A DNA stretch of 64,000 nucleotides from a bacterium (GCA_030426125.1 JAUHZB010000001.1:222583-286582), one strand, 5' to 3'. Numbered from the stretch's first letter, positions 37,092 through 46,541 are shown. Numbers and translations: made by a program. Notes: generated by a model from the sequence alone, not told the origin.

Positions 37092-38783
37092 CTAGTAATT
37101 TAGTTCTCTAAGAACAGAATCAACAGTCTGTACCTGTATTTTACTTTTCTTAATTAGCTCTAGATGCTTGGTATAAATTTCTTTATTGATTGTGAAGAAA
37201 TCATCTGAAGGCTCAATACCATGATAAACCAGGATTAGCCATCCGTTTTGTGAGTGTGCTTTATTGAGTGCAAACTGTATGTCTTTGGCTGATGTTTCTT
37301 TGTCGATGAATAAAACCTTTAGATTGTATACATCAAAGTTTTGGGCAGTATTGATGCCCCTTTCTGTTCCTCTATGGGATCTATAGGTCGACCGGATAGT
37401 TTCCATCGATAGATAGTCTATTTTCCCAAAGGCAGATGCAAAATCAAAAGACGTGTTTGGCTTTAAGGTGCTTAAGTCACTGTGTGCATCGACTAGCTCG
37501 GAGTTGACCACATTACGAGATTCGAGAGTTAGGTCAATATGATTTTGTCCATGCGAAGCAACTTGATGATTGCTGAGTAGTAGTTCGGCTACATGCTCGT
37601 CAGATACAAAACCAGGATTGTTTATGGTGCCAGGATTAATATAAAAGGTTGTTTCAAAATTGAAGGCATCAGCAATCCGCGCCCCATTCTGATAACTAGA
37701 CAACCAACCATCATCAAAAGTAATGCTGACTCTTGGTTTATTGAAAGATTTAGCTTCTGCCAGCTTGTACATCTCAATATCAGAGTTTGTCATTTTACCT
37801 ACATTAGATAATTGAAGTGAAGGTTTAACGTTGATCGCTTTAAGATTAATAGTAAAATCGATTGTTACTTCAGTAGTTTCCGAGTTCGGAGAGAATTCTC
37901 GTAATGGAACATATTTTGACTTGCTACTGCTGAGCTCGTAGTCGAGGCCTAGTTGGACTATTGTGTCTGATGAGTAATCAAATTTAAGCCTATATCTTTC
38001 AAACTCATTTACAGGAACAGATTGTCTTGGTAACCATCCAGCTTGAGAATCGTTATTTGCAGATAATACTTCGTTGGTGAATAGATCAACAGCCTTTTTT
38101 TGACCTTTGCTTTCTATGCCCGATGGTTGCTGGTATTCCCATAGGCTATCTTTTAGTAGGTTATCTTTATTGATCGTTTGTTTTTCATATGGCTTTGTAA
38201 TAGCGTAGGCTGAATCTATTTGGAGGTAACCATTTGTACTTAGTGTGACGGCAAAGCGTATAGATTCTGTTTTTCTGTCGACATATGTAACGCCAGACAT
38301 AGTTGAAAGCGGATAGTCATAATCTGGATAATTTTTTATAAATTCTGTAGTGACAGATCCATCAGTGCTCGTTTTTTCTACTACAAGATCAAATTTTGTG
38401 TCTGTAATGTAGAAAGCTTTATAAAAATAGCCAGTATTTGGTTTTGTTTTGATTCTCGGGGTATATACAATTGCGGATCCATTAGTATAATCACTGACAC
38501 TTACCTTTAGTGCGCCTTTGTCGACTTTACCTTTTTGTTCTTCGGTTTCTACGTTTAGTTCACCTGATGCGGACACTTTCCAGTTTGTTGCCATACCATC
38601 ACTAAATTTACTTAAATCATGATTTAATATAAGGTTTTCGTCTTTTGAAATAAGATCGTAGGTTTGTGCTCGATTGCTGTCAGTTAAAATAAATATCCAT
38701 AAAATAATAAACAATACACTAAGAAGTGGCATTAGTATTGATGGTTTTCGGATGCTTTGTAGCAAAGATCTTAGCTGTTTCAT
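37092..38783 (-). CDS. Polysaccharide deacetylase (NodB domain) with two N-terminal CBM4/9-like modules
   Basis: N-terminal TM; two NL(I/L)xx...W-type beta-sandwich modules; C-terminal NodB motifs VSITFDDGW and ASHGQNH. The ATG overlaps the GT2 stop (ATGA at 38780..38783). Confidence 0.8.
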   Translation of the reverse strand: MKQLRSLLQSIRKPSILMPLLSVLFIILWIFILTDSNRAQTYDLISKDENLILNHDLSKFSDGMATNWKVSASGELNVETEEQKGKVDKGALKVSVSDYTNGSAIVYTPRIKTKPNTGYFYKAFYITDTKFDLVVEKTSTDGSVTTEFIKNYPDYDYPLSTMSGVTYVDRKTESIRFAVTLSTNGYLQIDSAYAITKPYEKQTINKDNLLKDSLWEYQQPSGIESKGQKKAVDLFTNEVLSANNDSQAGWLPRQSVPVNEFERYRLKFDYSSDTIVQLGLDYELSSSKSKYVPLREFSPNSETTEVTIDFTINLKAINVKPSLQLSNVGKMTNSDIEMYKLAEAKSFNKPRVSITFDDGWLSSYQNGARIADAFNFETTFYINPGTINNPGFVSDEHVAELLLSNHQVASHGQNHIDLTLESRNVVNSELVDAHSDLSTLKPNTSFDFASAFGKIDYLSMETIRSTYRSHRGTERGINTAQNFDVYNLKVLFIDKETSAKDIQFALNKAHSQNGWLILVYHGIEPSDDFFTINKEIYTKHLELIKKSKIQVQTVDSVLRELNY

Positions 38784-40054
38784 GCTGCAGCCCTCGCTGA
38801 TCTTTCGGTGGTTGTGTAAGCCCCGTCATCTTTTTTCGGGTTAGTTAGGTTTTTAATATTCACAAAGCTTCGGTACATGGCGGTTACTTGGACAGCAGAC
38901 ATAATAAATGAAGTTAGATACATAGTCGGAGAAAGTATAGTTAGCCTGAGTTGTTCTTTTTTGCTGAGGTGTTCGTCCGACCAGATGGCTAGCCAGGTTA
39001 TTAGGCTGAATGCGCTAGCTGCTCCAATGAACAGTATTGGGTTGTTCCCGGTAACTGCTAAATATGTGAAGGTAACAAGAAATATAGGTTCGAGTATCAG
39101 CATAAATTCTGACCAAAGCGAGTAGGGCATTTTTATCCAAGTTAAGAATGGGTTTTGCTTTTTATCGATCGAGAAGAATAAACTTTTATTAAAAAATTGG
39201 GCTTGTAGGCTGCCGTATTTCCATCGATATCTTTGTTTGAAAAGTGACTTATAGGTAGGTACTGGCTCAGTATAAATGACATAATCACTGGCATATTTCA
39301 GTCCACCAGCTTTACCCAGTTTTTTGGTCATACGCATAGACAGCTCAATGTCCTCGGTTTTCATTCGGTCGTCGAATCCGCCAACTTTTTTTAAAACTGA
39401 TGCTCGGTAACTTGCCCCAGCTCCACCGATAATTACTTCACTATTGACTAAAGTGTTAAACTTTTTTGAACGGAAACTTACTAAGTATTCCAGTTTTTGC
39501 ATTAATCCCAGGATAGTGCCATCTTCGTTAATTTTAATATTCGCAGCTACAGCAGAAACGCCAGGGTCAGCAAAATGTTCCACGAGCCTGTGTATCATGT
39601 ATGGGTTCATCTGGCAGTCAGCATCGTAAGCTATAACAATTTCACCAGAGGCTCTTCTCAGACCTGAATTAATGGCCGATCCTCTGCCTCCATTTTTTCG
39701 TTTTGCCACCAGAAAGATCTTTTTTTGGCCACTGTAATCTTTAATGAATTTTCGAACAATTTCTCTAGTTTTATCGGTTGATTTATCATCTGAGACGATT
39801 ATTTCTAAATTCTTATATCTTGATTTAGATAATGTTCTTAGGCAATTCTCAATCGCAACTTCTTCATTGAAAGCCGGAATAATAATACTTACCAGCGGAC
39901 GATAATGTTTTCTTTTGTTTTTAGATATTCTTTTTGGATTCTTTTTTTCACTTAGCATTTCTATGTCGTATAGGCTTGAGCCAATTAACATCAACATTCC
40001 TAGAGCCGTCCCTAGCATTACGCTTACCGTGAATAGTATCATTAAATAAGTCAT
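38780..40054 (-). CDS. Processive family-2 glycosyltransferase (PgaC/IcaA/chitin- or cellulose-synthase-like)
   Basis: SIIIPAFNEE, DDKSTDKT, YDADC (DxD), QRYRWKYG (QxxRW), plus N- and C-terminal TM helices. Confidence 0.85.
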   Translation of the reverse strand: MTYLMILFTVSVMLGTALGMLMLIGSSLYDIEMLSEKKNPKRISKNKRKHYRPLVSIIIPAFNEEVAIENCLRTLSKSRYKNLEIIVSDDKSTDKTREIVRKFIKDYSGQKKIFLVAKRKNGGRGSAINSGLRRASGEIVIAYDADCQMNPYMIHRLVEHFADPGVSAVAANIKINEDGTILGLMQKLEYLVSFRSKKFNTLVNSEVIIGGAGASYRASVLKKVGGFDDRMKTEDIELSMRMTKKLGKAGGLKYASDYVIYTEPVPTYKSLFKQRYRWKYGSLQAQFFNKSLFFSIDKKQNPFLTWIKMPYSLWSEFMLILEPIFLVTFTYLAVTGNNPILFIGAASAFSLITWLAIWSDEHLSKKEQLRLTILSPTMYLTSFIMSAVQVTAMYRSFVNIKNLTNPKKDDGAYTTTERSARAAA

Positions 40055-40626
40055 TACGCTGTTACCTCGATTAGCTCAAAAGTAAACAGTCTGCGTTGCT
40101 CAAACCAGGCTCCGCTACAAGTTTGCACGGTTAATATTGCTGGCCCTTTGTATTCAAATAAAGAGGTGTCATTTGGTTCAACATCTTTTACAGACCTAAG
40201 TATATAGTGGAATACAGAACCTTCTTTAGTGGTGATTGATGCTTTAGTTCCTACTTGCAGGTCGACCATTGGACCAAATACTTCAGGTTTGTTATGGCCG
40301 TATATGAAAGTATTGCCTGATTGGTTATTTGGTTTGGGAGTAATAAGAGCGTGATGTGCAGAGTCTGAACTTAGTGTCCATTCTTGGGTTTCAGGCTTGT
40401 ATACTCCATCTTGAATATCTGTAGATAAGTTAATCTCAGGAATTTGTAGCGACTCAGGGCTGCCTTCTGTGTAGTCGGGCAGTTTTGTGTCGGGCTTTTG
40501 TATCTCAACCTGTTGCACAGAAAAGGCGTCAGCTGCTCTTGGCTTAGGCTTAATAGCGTAAATAACCCCAGTAATTGCTAATATATTAAATACAGCAATT
40601 ACAACCATTATTTTTACTAGACTCAT
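40054..40626 (-). CDS. Sortase family transpeptidase
   Basis: N-terminal TM anchor, His motif FIYGHN, Cys motif LTVQTCSG and the downstream Arg (EQRRL). The stop overlaps the GT2 ATG (TAATG). Confidence 0.85.
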   Translation of the reverse strand: MSLVKIMVVIAVFNILAITGVIYAIKPKPRAADAFSVQQVEIQKPDTKLPDYTEGSPESLQIPEINLSTDIQDGVYKPETQEWTLSSDSAHHALITPKPNNQSGNTFIYGHNKPEVFGPMVDLQVGTKASITTKEGSVFHYILRSVKDVEPNDTSLFEYKGPAILTVQTCSGAWFEQRRLFTFELIEVTA

Positions 40627-40645
40627 AACTGCACCCGGTTGTTGT

Positions 40646-40822
40646 TTAGCCGTTTTTCCGCTTATGAATTGTTACGCCAACTTGTACTAGAATTAAAGTT
40701 ACTCCTGTAACAACTGAAGCAATGCCAACAATTGTCAATAACGGCATTCCACCTGTATTAGGAAGAATAGCGATACCAGTCGCTGTTGTTACTGTTCCTA
40801 GGACGTTTCCTTGATAATCCAT
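40646..40822 (-). CDS. 58-aa LPNTG mini-protein (a sorting signal with almost no passenger)
   Basis: Below the ORF-track cutoff; translated by hand codon by codon as MDYQGNVLGTVTTATGIAILPNTGGMPLLTIVGIASVVTGVTLILVQVGVTIHKRKNG. AGGAG lies 5 nt upstream of the ATG and an in-frame stop lies upstream at 40874..40876. It ends 19 nt before the sortase start. Confidence 0.65.
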   Translation of the reverse strand: MDYQGNVLGTVTTATGIAILPNTGGMPLLTIVGIASVVTGVTLILVQVGVTIHKRKNG

Positions 40823-40870
40823 AATTACTCCTTTGCATAATAGCCTTATCTGGCCAATTACATTACGTTT

Positions 40871-40899
40871 ATATTACTACAAAAGTGATATTTTGTAAA
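40871..40899 (-). promoter_or_regulatory. Sigma70-like promoter of the LPNTG-sortase-GT2-deacetylase operon
   Basis: Minus strand: TTTACA (40899..40894), 17 nt, TAATAT (40876..40871). Confidence 0.5.
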
Positions 40900-41037
40900 C
40901 TATATTATATAAAACATAAGCTTTATGGAGTGATCAAGTTAAGACCATATTGATTTTTAAGCTATACAGCGTTAGAATAACCTCTGACTTTACAGCTTGA
41001 GTTATAGTTAAGATAGCTCAATCGTAATATCACATAC

Positions 41038-41114
41038 GGGCCAGTAGCTCAGCTGGTTAGAGCACCTGCCTCTTAAGCAGGGTGTCGAGGGTTCGAGTCC
41101 CTCCTGGCCCTCCA
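41038..41114 (+). tRNA. tRNA-Lys (anticodon CUU), CCA encoded
   Basis: Acceptor GGGCCAG/CUGGCCC. D stem GCUC/GAGC. Anticodon stem CCUGC/GCAGG with loop CUCUUAA. T arm GAGGG-UUCGAGU-CCCUC. 3' UCCA. Confidence 0.9.
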
Positions 41115-41130
41115 ATTCGGTTATGCTTAA

Positions 41131-41157
41131 AACAGAGGTCATAAGCCTCTGTTTTTT
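41131..41157 (+). terminator. Rho-independent terminator after tRNA-Lys
   Basis: Stem AACAGAGG / CCUCUGUU with a 7-nt loop, followed by a U6 tract. Confidence 0.75.
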
Positions 41158-41171
41158 GATATCATAAGTGT

Positions 41172-41912
41172 GTGAAAGATAAATACACCCAACAAGAACT
41201 AAATGGAATATTGGCCAACACTAGTCAGCGACAAGGATGGGACTTTTCATCTATGAAAACTTGGCGAGCACCGGTTGATTGGGATTATCTTGAAGAGGTT
41301 AAGAAGTATCTCAATCCTAGTTCGTCTGTTTTAGATATCGGTACGGGTGGTGGTGAAAGATTCATACAATTATCTAATATATTTAAAAATGGATTAGGTG
41401 TCGACATCGATCCTAAAATGATAGATATTGCCAGACAAAACGCACATGCAGTTGATAACGTAGAATTTATAGTATCTAGTGAAAAACTGGCGAGGATCGA
41501 GAAAGACTTTGATTTAATCCTCAACCGTCATGCACCTTTTAATTTAACAGCAATTTTCAATCACCTTAAACCTGGAGGTTATTTTATAACTCAGCAGGTT
41601 GGCGAGAATAATATGCAGAATGTTAAAAAAGCTCTCAATCAAAAACATGAAAATCCTACCATAACGAAAAACGAAATACTAAAAAATGGATTAAGTATAG
41701 TCTCTTTTCAAGAATATGATGTTGAGTATGTGGTAAAAGACATCGAGTCACTCATATTTTGGCTTAAAGCTCTGGATATGCTTCATGCTGACATCGCAAC
41801 AAATAAAGCCATTGACAACGTAGAGATTCTGAACGCTATATTGAAGGGTAATGTAGATGAGGGTGGATTTGTCACAAACGAGCATCGTTATCTTGTAATT
41901 GCTGAAAACTAG
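41172..41912 (+). CDS. Class I SAM-dependent methyltransferase
   Basis: Motif I VLDIGTGGGE, acidic motif II GVDIDPKMI, and LKPGGYFITQQ. GTG start. Confidence 0.75.
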   Translation: MKDKYTQQELNGILANTSQRQGWDFSSMKTWRAPVDWDYLEEVKKYLNPSSSVLDIGTGGGERFIQLSNIFKNGLGVDIDPKMIDIARQNAHAVDNVEFIVSSEKLARIEKDFDLILNRHAPFNLTAIFNHLKPGGYFITQQVGENNMQNVKKALNQKHENPTITKNEILKNGLSIVSFQEYDVEYVVKDIESLIFWLKALDMLHADIATNKAIDNVEILNAILKGNVDEGGFVTNEHRYLVIAEN

Positions 41913-42005
41913 TTGCAATAATAAGTACGGCGGCCCTCCAATAAAGTTTAGATATTTTGAACAGGGATGATATTTTGTAAAATTGTTGAGCGCCAATTGG
42001 GTATT

Positions 42006-42764
42006 CTACTTCGCATCAAACCATATTCGTTTAGAATTATCACCATATGAGGTATCGACACAGATTCCCAACTTAATGAGCTCACGCTTGGAAATCTTAT
42101 TTGGGTGTATGTGTTCTTGGGGGATTCCTAGTTGCGGAAGTCGCATTCGGTTAAATTCATAGTAACTTTGTCGTTTGGGTGGACCTGCAAAGAACTGACC
42201 AGTCAAGTCCATGTTTGCCAATATTGTCCTAGCTAACCCGGTGACAGGAACAAAAGTCTTATATACATTATTCCAAAATATATTTCTATTGTCGGGATTA
42301 CTTAGTATCTTTTTAGTCCGTTTTTCAATGGCTCCCGCGGAAGTATTTCCAACTATGGGACCTGTAACAAAAATTGTATATTTTGAGTGGAGGGAAACTG
42401 CTTTTTGTTCTGCAAGCTTGCGGCGTGCGTATGTGCCTAGATCAGTTCTAGCTTCTAAAGAGCGTTGACAGAGAGTAACATCTGACGATACATAGATAAT
42501 TTTTGTTTGGGGTAGCTTGTCTAAAAATATCTCAAATGGATCATTCTTCACGTAAGGTTCTGGTGACCAGGCTGTCCATATTACTGTATCCAGATCCTGG
42601 TCTAACAATGAACCCCAAGTAGACTTGTCTGCGAGGTCGAATCTAACTAAATCCTTGTTATCTGAAGAGCGACCTGTCCCTATTACTTCATATCCATGTT
42701 CTTCTGCTTGAAACAGTAGTTCCGACCCAAGGTACCCACTTCCTCCAACAATTCCTATATTCAT
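42006..42764 (-). CDS. NAD(P)-binding Rossmann-fold protein (SDR / RmlD-like sugar-nucleotide reductase family)
   Basis: N-terminal MNIGIVGGSGYLGSEL glycine-rich dinucleotide-binding motif. Confidence 0.6.
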   Translation of the reverse strand: MNIGIVGGSGYLGSELLFQAEEHGYEVIGTGRSSDNKDLVRFDLADKSTWGSLLDQDLDTVIWTAWSPEPYVKNDPFEIFLDKLPQTKIIYVSSDVTLCQRSLEARTDLGTYARRKLAEQKAVSLHSKYTIFVTGPIVGNTSAGAIEKRTKKILSNPDNRNIFWNNVYKTFVPVTGLARTILANMDLTGQFFAGPPKRQSYYEFNRMRLPQLGIPQEHIHPNKISKRELIKLGICVDTSYGDNSKRIWFDAK

Positions 42765-42916
42765 AACCTAATGATAACAAATTTATTATTTCAGTATCCT
42801 AATGTTTAGCGAGCAGTTTTACATTGTATGCTTGAATATAGTTGCAGCAAAAGCACGGTGACCCCTCGAAGCCACAAGTATTTACTTTATGAAATTATAG
42901 GTTGATAATGTTTGTT

Positions 42917-43408
42917 ATGAAAAAGAAAAAATACAATAAATACATATTTGCCGTAATCATTATTATTATCGGGTTTGCACTAGGTTTTCTTACAAGCAAC
43001 TTAATGGAACCAAGGCCTGCTTCTGCTAAAGAAATAGAACAGGCAAAAAATGAAATAACAGAGCTGTACAAAGATAAGGCCGTAGATGCTTGCTGGGAAG
43101 TAAATGATGGAGGAAATTTAGCGGCTGACAAATACGAATTAACGTATCGCAATATACAGATAAACGATACAGCGGATCGGGCAATCATCACTGATTGCGG
43201 TGAAAACAGCACTCTTCTAGCGGAAAACAAATCAGGTAGTTGGGTTGCAACCAATATAAACATTACTAACTTCAATAGAATTAACCCTGCTTGGCAAAAA
43301 GAATGCCTGATTGAAGACATTACTGTTGCTGACGATACAGTTCGACCAGAGAATAGCTCTATTGATGAAACAAATCTTGAGTTGTGTAAGCAACTGAATA
43401 TTGAATAA
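42917..43408 (+). CDS. Membrane-anchored hypothetical protein
   Basis: MKKKKYNKYIFAVIIIIIGFALGFLTS signal anchor followed by a soluble Cys-containing domain. GATAAT lies 7 nt upstream of the ATG. Preferred over the antisense ORF 42895..43437. Confidence 0.55.
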   Translation: MKKKKYNKYIFAVIIIIIGFALGFLTSNLMEPRPASAKEIEQAKNEITELYKDKAVDACWEVNDGGNLAADKYELTYRNIQINDTADRAIITDCGENSTLLAENKSGSWVATNINITNFNRINPAWQKECLIEDITVADDTVRPENSSIDETNLELCKQLNIE

Positions 43409-43472
43409 GTAATTAGTAATTTCTGTGACGTACCCAAGCATAAAGCTTATGATTTATCGATTCGAGCGGTCT

Positions 43473-44039
43473 TTATTGGATATATGTAGCGAAAAGTAGC
43501 GAGCAAAAGAATAATGCAAAGTAGACTGACTGCAGGAGTAATAAGTTCTTGTGGTACCCATGATTTTTGAAGTAAGCCCAGACCATAGCTCCTATTATCA
43601 TAGTCATAACTAGACTAGATAAACCAGCAATTATTCTTGCTATGTTGCTAACAGTCGGAAGCAGGGCAATTATTACTGTAGTCGGCAACAAGCAGTCTGC
43701 CGAAAAATAGGCAAGCATTTGGTGGATAGTTGTCTTGCGCCCTCCGGTTTCCGGAACCAATGTACACGCAAATTGGGTAATTGCTGCCAATAAGATTAAA
43801 TAGCTAAAAGCTTGTGGCGGATTATAGGTTGGAATGAACCACTTAAATATAAATAGTAAGAGTAGCGTGAGTATCACTATAAACAAACCGATATAGTAAA
43901 TAATGGCTGATTTTTGCCTAGCGACATGCTGGCTAAAGGTGTGTTCTTTATCGTAAGGCCATAGTTTTAGTACAGCAATTAAACCCATAACTGTAGCTAT
44001 TGCGGAGATAGTAATGAAGTGTTGGTATGAACTAACCAT
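43473..44039 (-). CDS. Polytopic membrane protein, unknown function
   Basis: 188 aa with about six hydrophobic helices. Confidence 0.6.
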   Translation of the reverse strand: MVSSYQHFITISAIATVMGLIAVLKLWPYDKEHTFSQHVARQKSAIIYYIGLFIVILTLLLLFIFKWFIPTYNPPQAFSYLILLAAITQFACTLVPETGGRKTTIHQMLAYFSADCLLPTTVIIALLPTVSNIARIIAGLSSLVMTMIIGAMVWAYFKNHGYHKNLLLLQSVYFALFFCSLLFATYIQ

Positions 44040-44333
44040 TACTCACTAGTATATTACAGCTATAATCTTATATTATTATTTTAGCTTTTATTCGGACAAT
44101 TTTTAGTCCTCTACAGATTTAACCATCTACCACAATCTAAAAACCATCGTTCTTATCTGTTGAGTGTTTGCCATAAGGCTGTTCCATGAGCTTTCCACAC
44201 CTCTTGAGTTCATCTAACTGAGGTTTTAAGTTAGAGTTGAGCGCATTTCCATAATTTTCGGAGAAGTCAATCTAGAACCTATTCAAGTAGGTGTTAGTAC
44301 CAAACTAGGTTATTTTAAGATTTTTGCTTGTGC

Positions 44334-44361
44334 TTGCATATATCTATCTAAGTTCTAGAAT
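44334..44361 (+). promoter_or_regulatory. Promoter of 44381 gene (tGCTTGCAt type)
   Basis: TTGCAT (44334..44339), 16 nt, TAGAAT (44356..44361). Here it is followed by a leader carrying an AGGAG SD. Confidence 0.5.
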
Positions 44362-44380
44362 AAACTCAGGAGTTATACAT

Positions 44381-44836
44381 ATGAGTAAAGATAGACAAAA
44401 CGCTGTGTCAGTTAGTCCAGAAAAGGGAGAATTACAAAGTATAATAGATAGAGTGTTGGAAGCCGCTGAACGACTATCTTATTGGGATGGTGAATCGGCA
44501 AGAACAGGACACGGATCTTTAAGCTTTCGCAGAAACAGTTCGGAGCCAGATGAGTTGCTTCGTGAAATAATGACAGGGGCTGATGCTTATAGAGCTAAGA
44601 ATCCAAAAAATGCACCGCTCGTCGAACCTACGGAGTCCATTGGCTCTACAGCATTAACAGAAGCGAAGTCTGAAGTCATCAGTATTGCGGACCGTCTTGG
44701 GGTTATTAATATTGTTTCGGATGACTATATGGATATGGAAGCACCAGATATAGGAAGGACAATTAGACTTGCTGAGAGTATGGGAGCTGTAGTTCATATC
44801 TCCGTAGAGGTCAGACATCCTGAAATAGATTCTTAG
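44381..44836 (+). CDS. Hypothetical acidic protein (151 aa)
   Basis: The ATG at 44381 lies 8 nt after AGGAG. No recognisable motif. Confidence 0.55.
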   Translation: MSKDRQNAVSVSPEKGELQSIIDRVLEAAERLSYWDGESARTGHGSLSFRRNSSEPDELLREIMTGADAYRAKNPKNAPLVEPTESIGSTALTEAKSEVISIADRLGVINIVSDDYMDMEAPDIGRTIRLAESMGAVVHISVEVRHPEIDS

Positions 44837-44876
44837 TGGCGGGACTGTATATTAGGCACCTGAATAGTTCATATGC

Positions 44877-44905
44877 TTGATACTGGCATGTATTTAGAGT
44901 ATAAA
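44877..44905 (+). promoter_or_regulatory. Promoter of 44913 gene (tGCTTGAta type), leaderless arrangement
   Basis: TTGATA (44877..44882), 17 nt, TATAAA (44900..44905), 7 nt, ATG. Confidence 0.5.
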
Positions 44906-44912
44906 CATTTAT

Positions 44913-45791
44913 ATGTCACGAGAGATCAGCGTTGAACTTAGAGATGGGCTCGATTCTATGGCTTCCTATCAAGATTGGGTTGCTTCTGTTGAGGTTCTTG
45001 AGGGGCTGCTTTCTGATCATCCTACGCAAGGTGCAGCTGAAGGTTTTGATAGGTATGATCAAAACCACCTGGATGCACAGTCACGTCTTAATCCAGCGAT
45101 ACAAGAGCAGTCTCAAAGAAGGAGGAAGCTTGATTCCGCTATTAGAGACACCTCAGAAGATAATCTAGATGTAATTGCAAAAATAGCCGTACTTAGTTCT
45201 TTGCATCGCTTTACCCCAACCAGATTTTTTAAACAGCAACCTAAGAAGATTTTTGATCCAAGTACTGGTGCTAGAGTTATGAGTCTACAGAGTTCTGGCC
45301 CAAGAAAACTAGATAATATTGATCAGGTGTTAACATCAGCTTCAAGGCTAGACCAGGCTCTAAGAGCAGTAGATGAAGCTTTGAATGATGGTCGTAACGA
45401 GATTGAAGTAATCGAAGATTATACTATATCTGGGTATTCATTTACTTTGAAAGAAAAGTTAGAAAGAGGTACTACGATAACAACAGGAACAGTTGATGAT
45501 AGAAGTACTTCATTTCCTCTGGAGCATCCGACTCCATTTCACTACTCCATACCTAATTATTTGCGGGATGTTGTTGTGATTGGACGACGTGGTGGAGCTG
45601 AGAATGGCAGAAGAAGAGGCGATCTACCGTCAGCATTAATGAAAACTACCGAGAACAATGTAGAGACTGTCAGTATTCCTTTGAACGCTGTACATCTAGC
45701 GATGGGTTATTCTGAGCCAATCCGAGGAGGAGATATTAGGCGTTCCGCGGATTTAGTGACTCGAGTTAGTATTAACGGCCAAAGTATTTGA
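44913..45791 (+). CDS. Hypothetical protein (292 aa)
   Basis: Clean ORF with no recognisable motif. Confidence 0.55.
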   Translation: MSREISVELRDGLDSMASYQDWVASVEVLEGLLSDHPTQGAAEGFDRYDQNHLDAQSRLNPAIQEQSQRRRKLDSAIRDTSEDNLDVIAKIAVLSSLHRFTPTRFFKQQPKKIFDPSTGARVMSLQSSGPRKLDNIDQVLTSASRLDQALRAVDEALNDGRNEIEVIEDYTISGYSFTLKEKLERGTTITTGTVDDRSTSFPLEHPTPFHYSIPNYLRDVVVIGRRGGAENGRRRGDLPSALMKTTENNVETVSIPLNAVHLAMGYSEPIRGGDIRRSADLVTRVSINGQSI

Positions 45792-45876
45792 AAAATATAG
45801 CTTTAGAAACTCGCCAGTTCCTAATAGTTAAAGAGATACGTTTAAAAGTAGTTGTTGTTAGTACACAGCTACACTG

Positions 45877-46437
45877 CTATAAACGCTTTTCTATTTCATC
45901 GGCTATGCGGTAAGGCTCGGTTCTTGCATCAATCATGATCGCTCCTAGTAGCTTGAATTGATTGGTCAGTACTGAGTTTTGCTCTAAAGTGAAATCAATT
46001 TGGGACTGTTCCATACCCCAAAGTACCACATTCTGATCGTTCTTAGCCTGTTCGGCTCTTCTTCTCAAACGCTCCTCAATTAAAACGTTGGGTAGTTTTA
46101 GGAAGAATGTAAGACCTATGGCATCGTCTAGCTCTGGTGATGGTTCGCGTAGCCTGCCCACAAGGAATACATCCTGGCTTGCTGATTCACCAATTACACG
46201 TGCCAAACCTTCATTTGTTAAGCCCCAAACATGCGTCTCAAAACTAATGCCATCATTACCCCAGTTAAATTCATTATATTGAGCAACTTGTTTTCCAGTA
46301 GCCCTCTCATGAAGCGCACTAAGTCCGGTTTTTTCAGGGTCATCTGTATCGTAAGCTGTGTATCCTCTGGAAACTAGTTCTTTTTGAGTGGCTGTTTTCC
46401 CTACGCCAGAAGAACCTGTTATTAAATGCAAAGCCAT
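45877..46437 (-). CDS. P-loop NTPase / nucleotide-kinase-like protein
   Basis: Walker A LITGSSGVGKTAT at the N-terminus; 186 aa, a typical small-kinase size. Confidence 0.6.
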   Translation of the reverse strand: MALHLITGSSGVGKTATQKELVSRGYTAYDTDDPEKTGLSALHERATGKQVAQYNEFNWGNDGISFETHVWGLTNEGLARVIGESASQDVFLVGRLREPSPELDDAIGLTFFLKLPNVLIEERLRRRAEQAKNDQNVVLWGMEQSQIDFTLEQNSVLTNQFKLLGAIMIDARTEPYRIADEIEKRL

Positions 46438-46541
46438 ATTATCTATTGTATAGCAAAAAATATGTATTTATATCTTCAAGCAAATGACACAAACCATATT
46501 TGATTGAATAACACCAACAATTGTAACTAATCCAGTTATGC

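Noticed and set aside
42895-43437. 180-aa minus-strand ORF overlapping 42917..43408
   Set aside because: The two frames are mutually exclusive. The plus frame has a classic signal anchor, balanced composition and a -10 hexamer 7 nt upstream of its ATG. The minus frame is Ser/Leu/Phe-rich with no start context. This remains somewhat uncertain.
44040-44333. Unusually long (~290-nt) non-coding gap, examined for a small RNA, riboswitch or small ORF
   Set aside because: Only 11-16-aa ORFs without start context are present, and I could see no convincing conserved-looking stem-loops or terminator by eye. It probably just holds divergent promoters. A covariance-model scan (Rfam) would be needed to say more.
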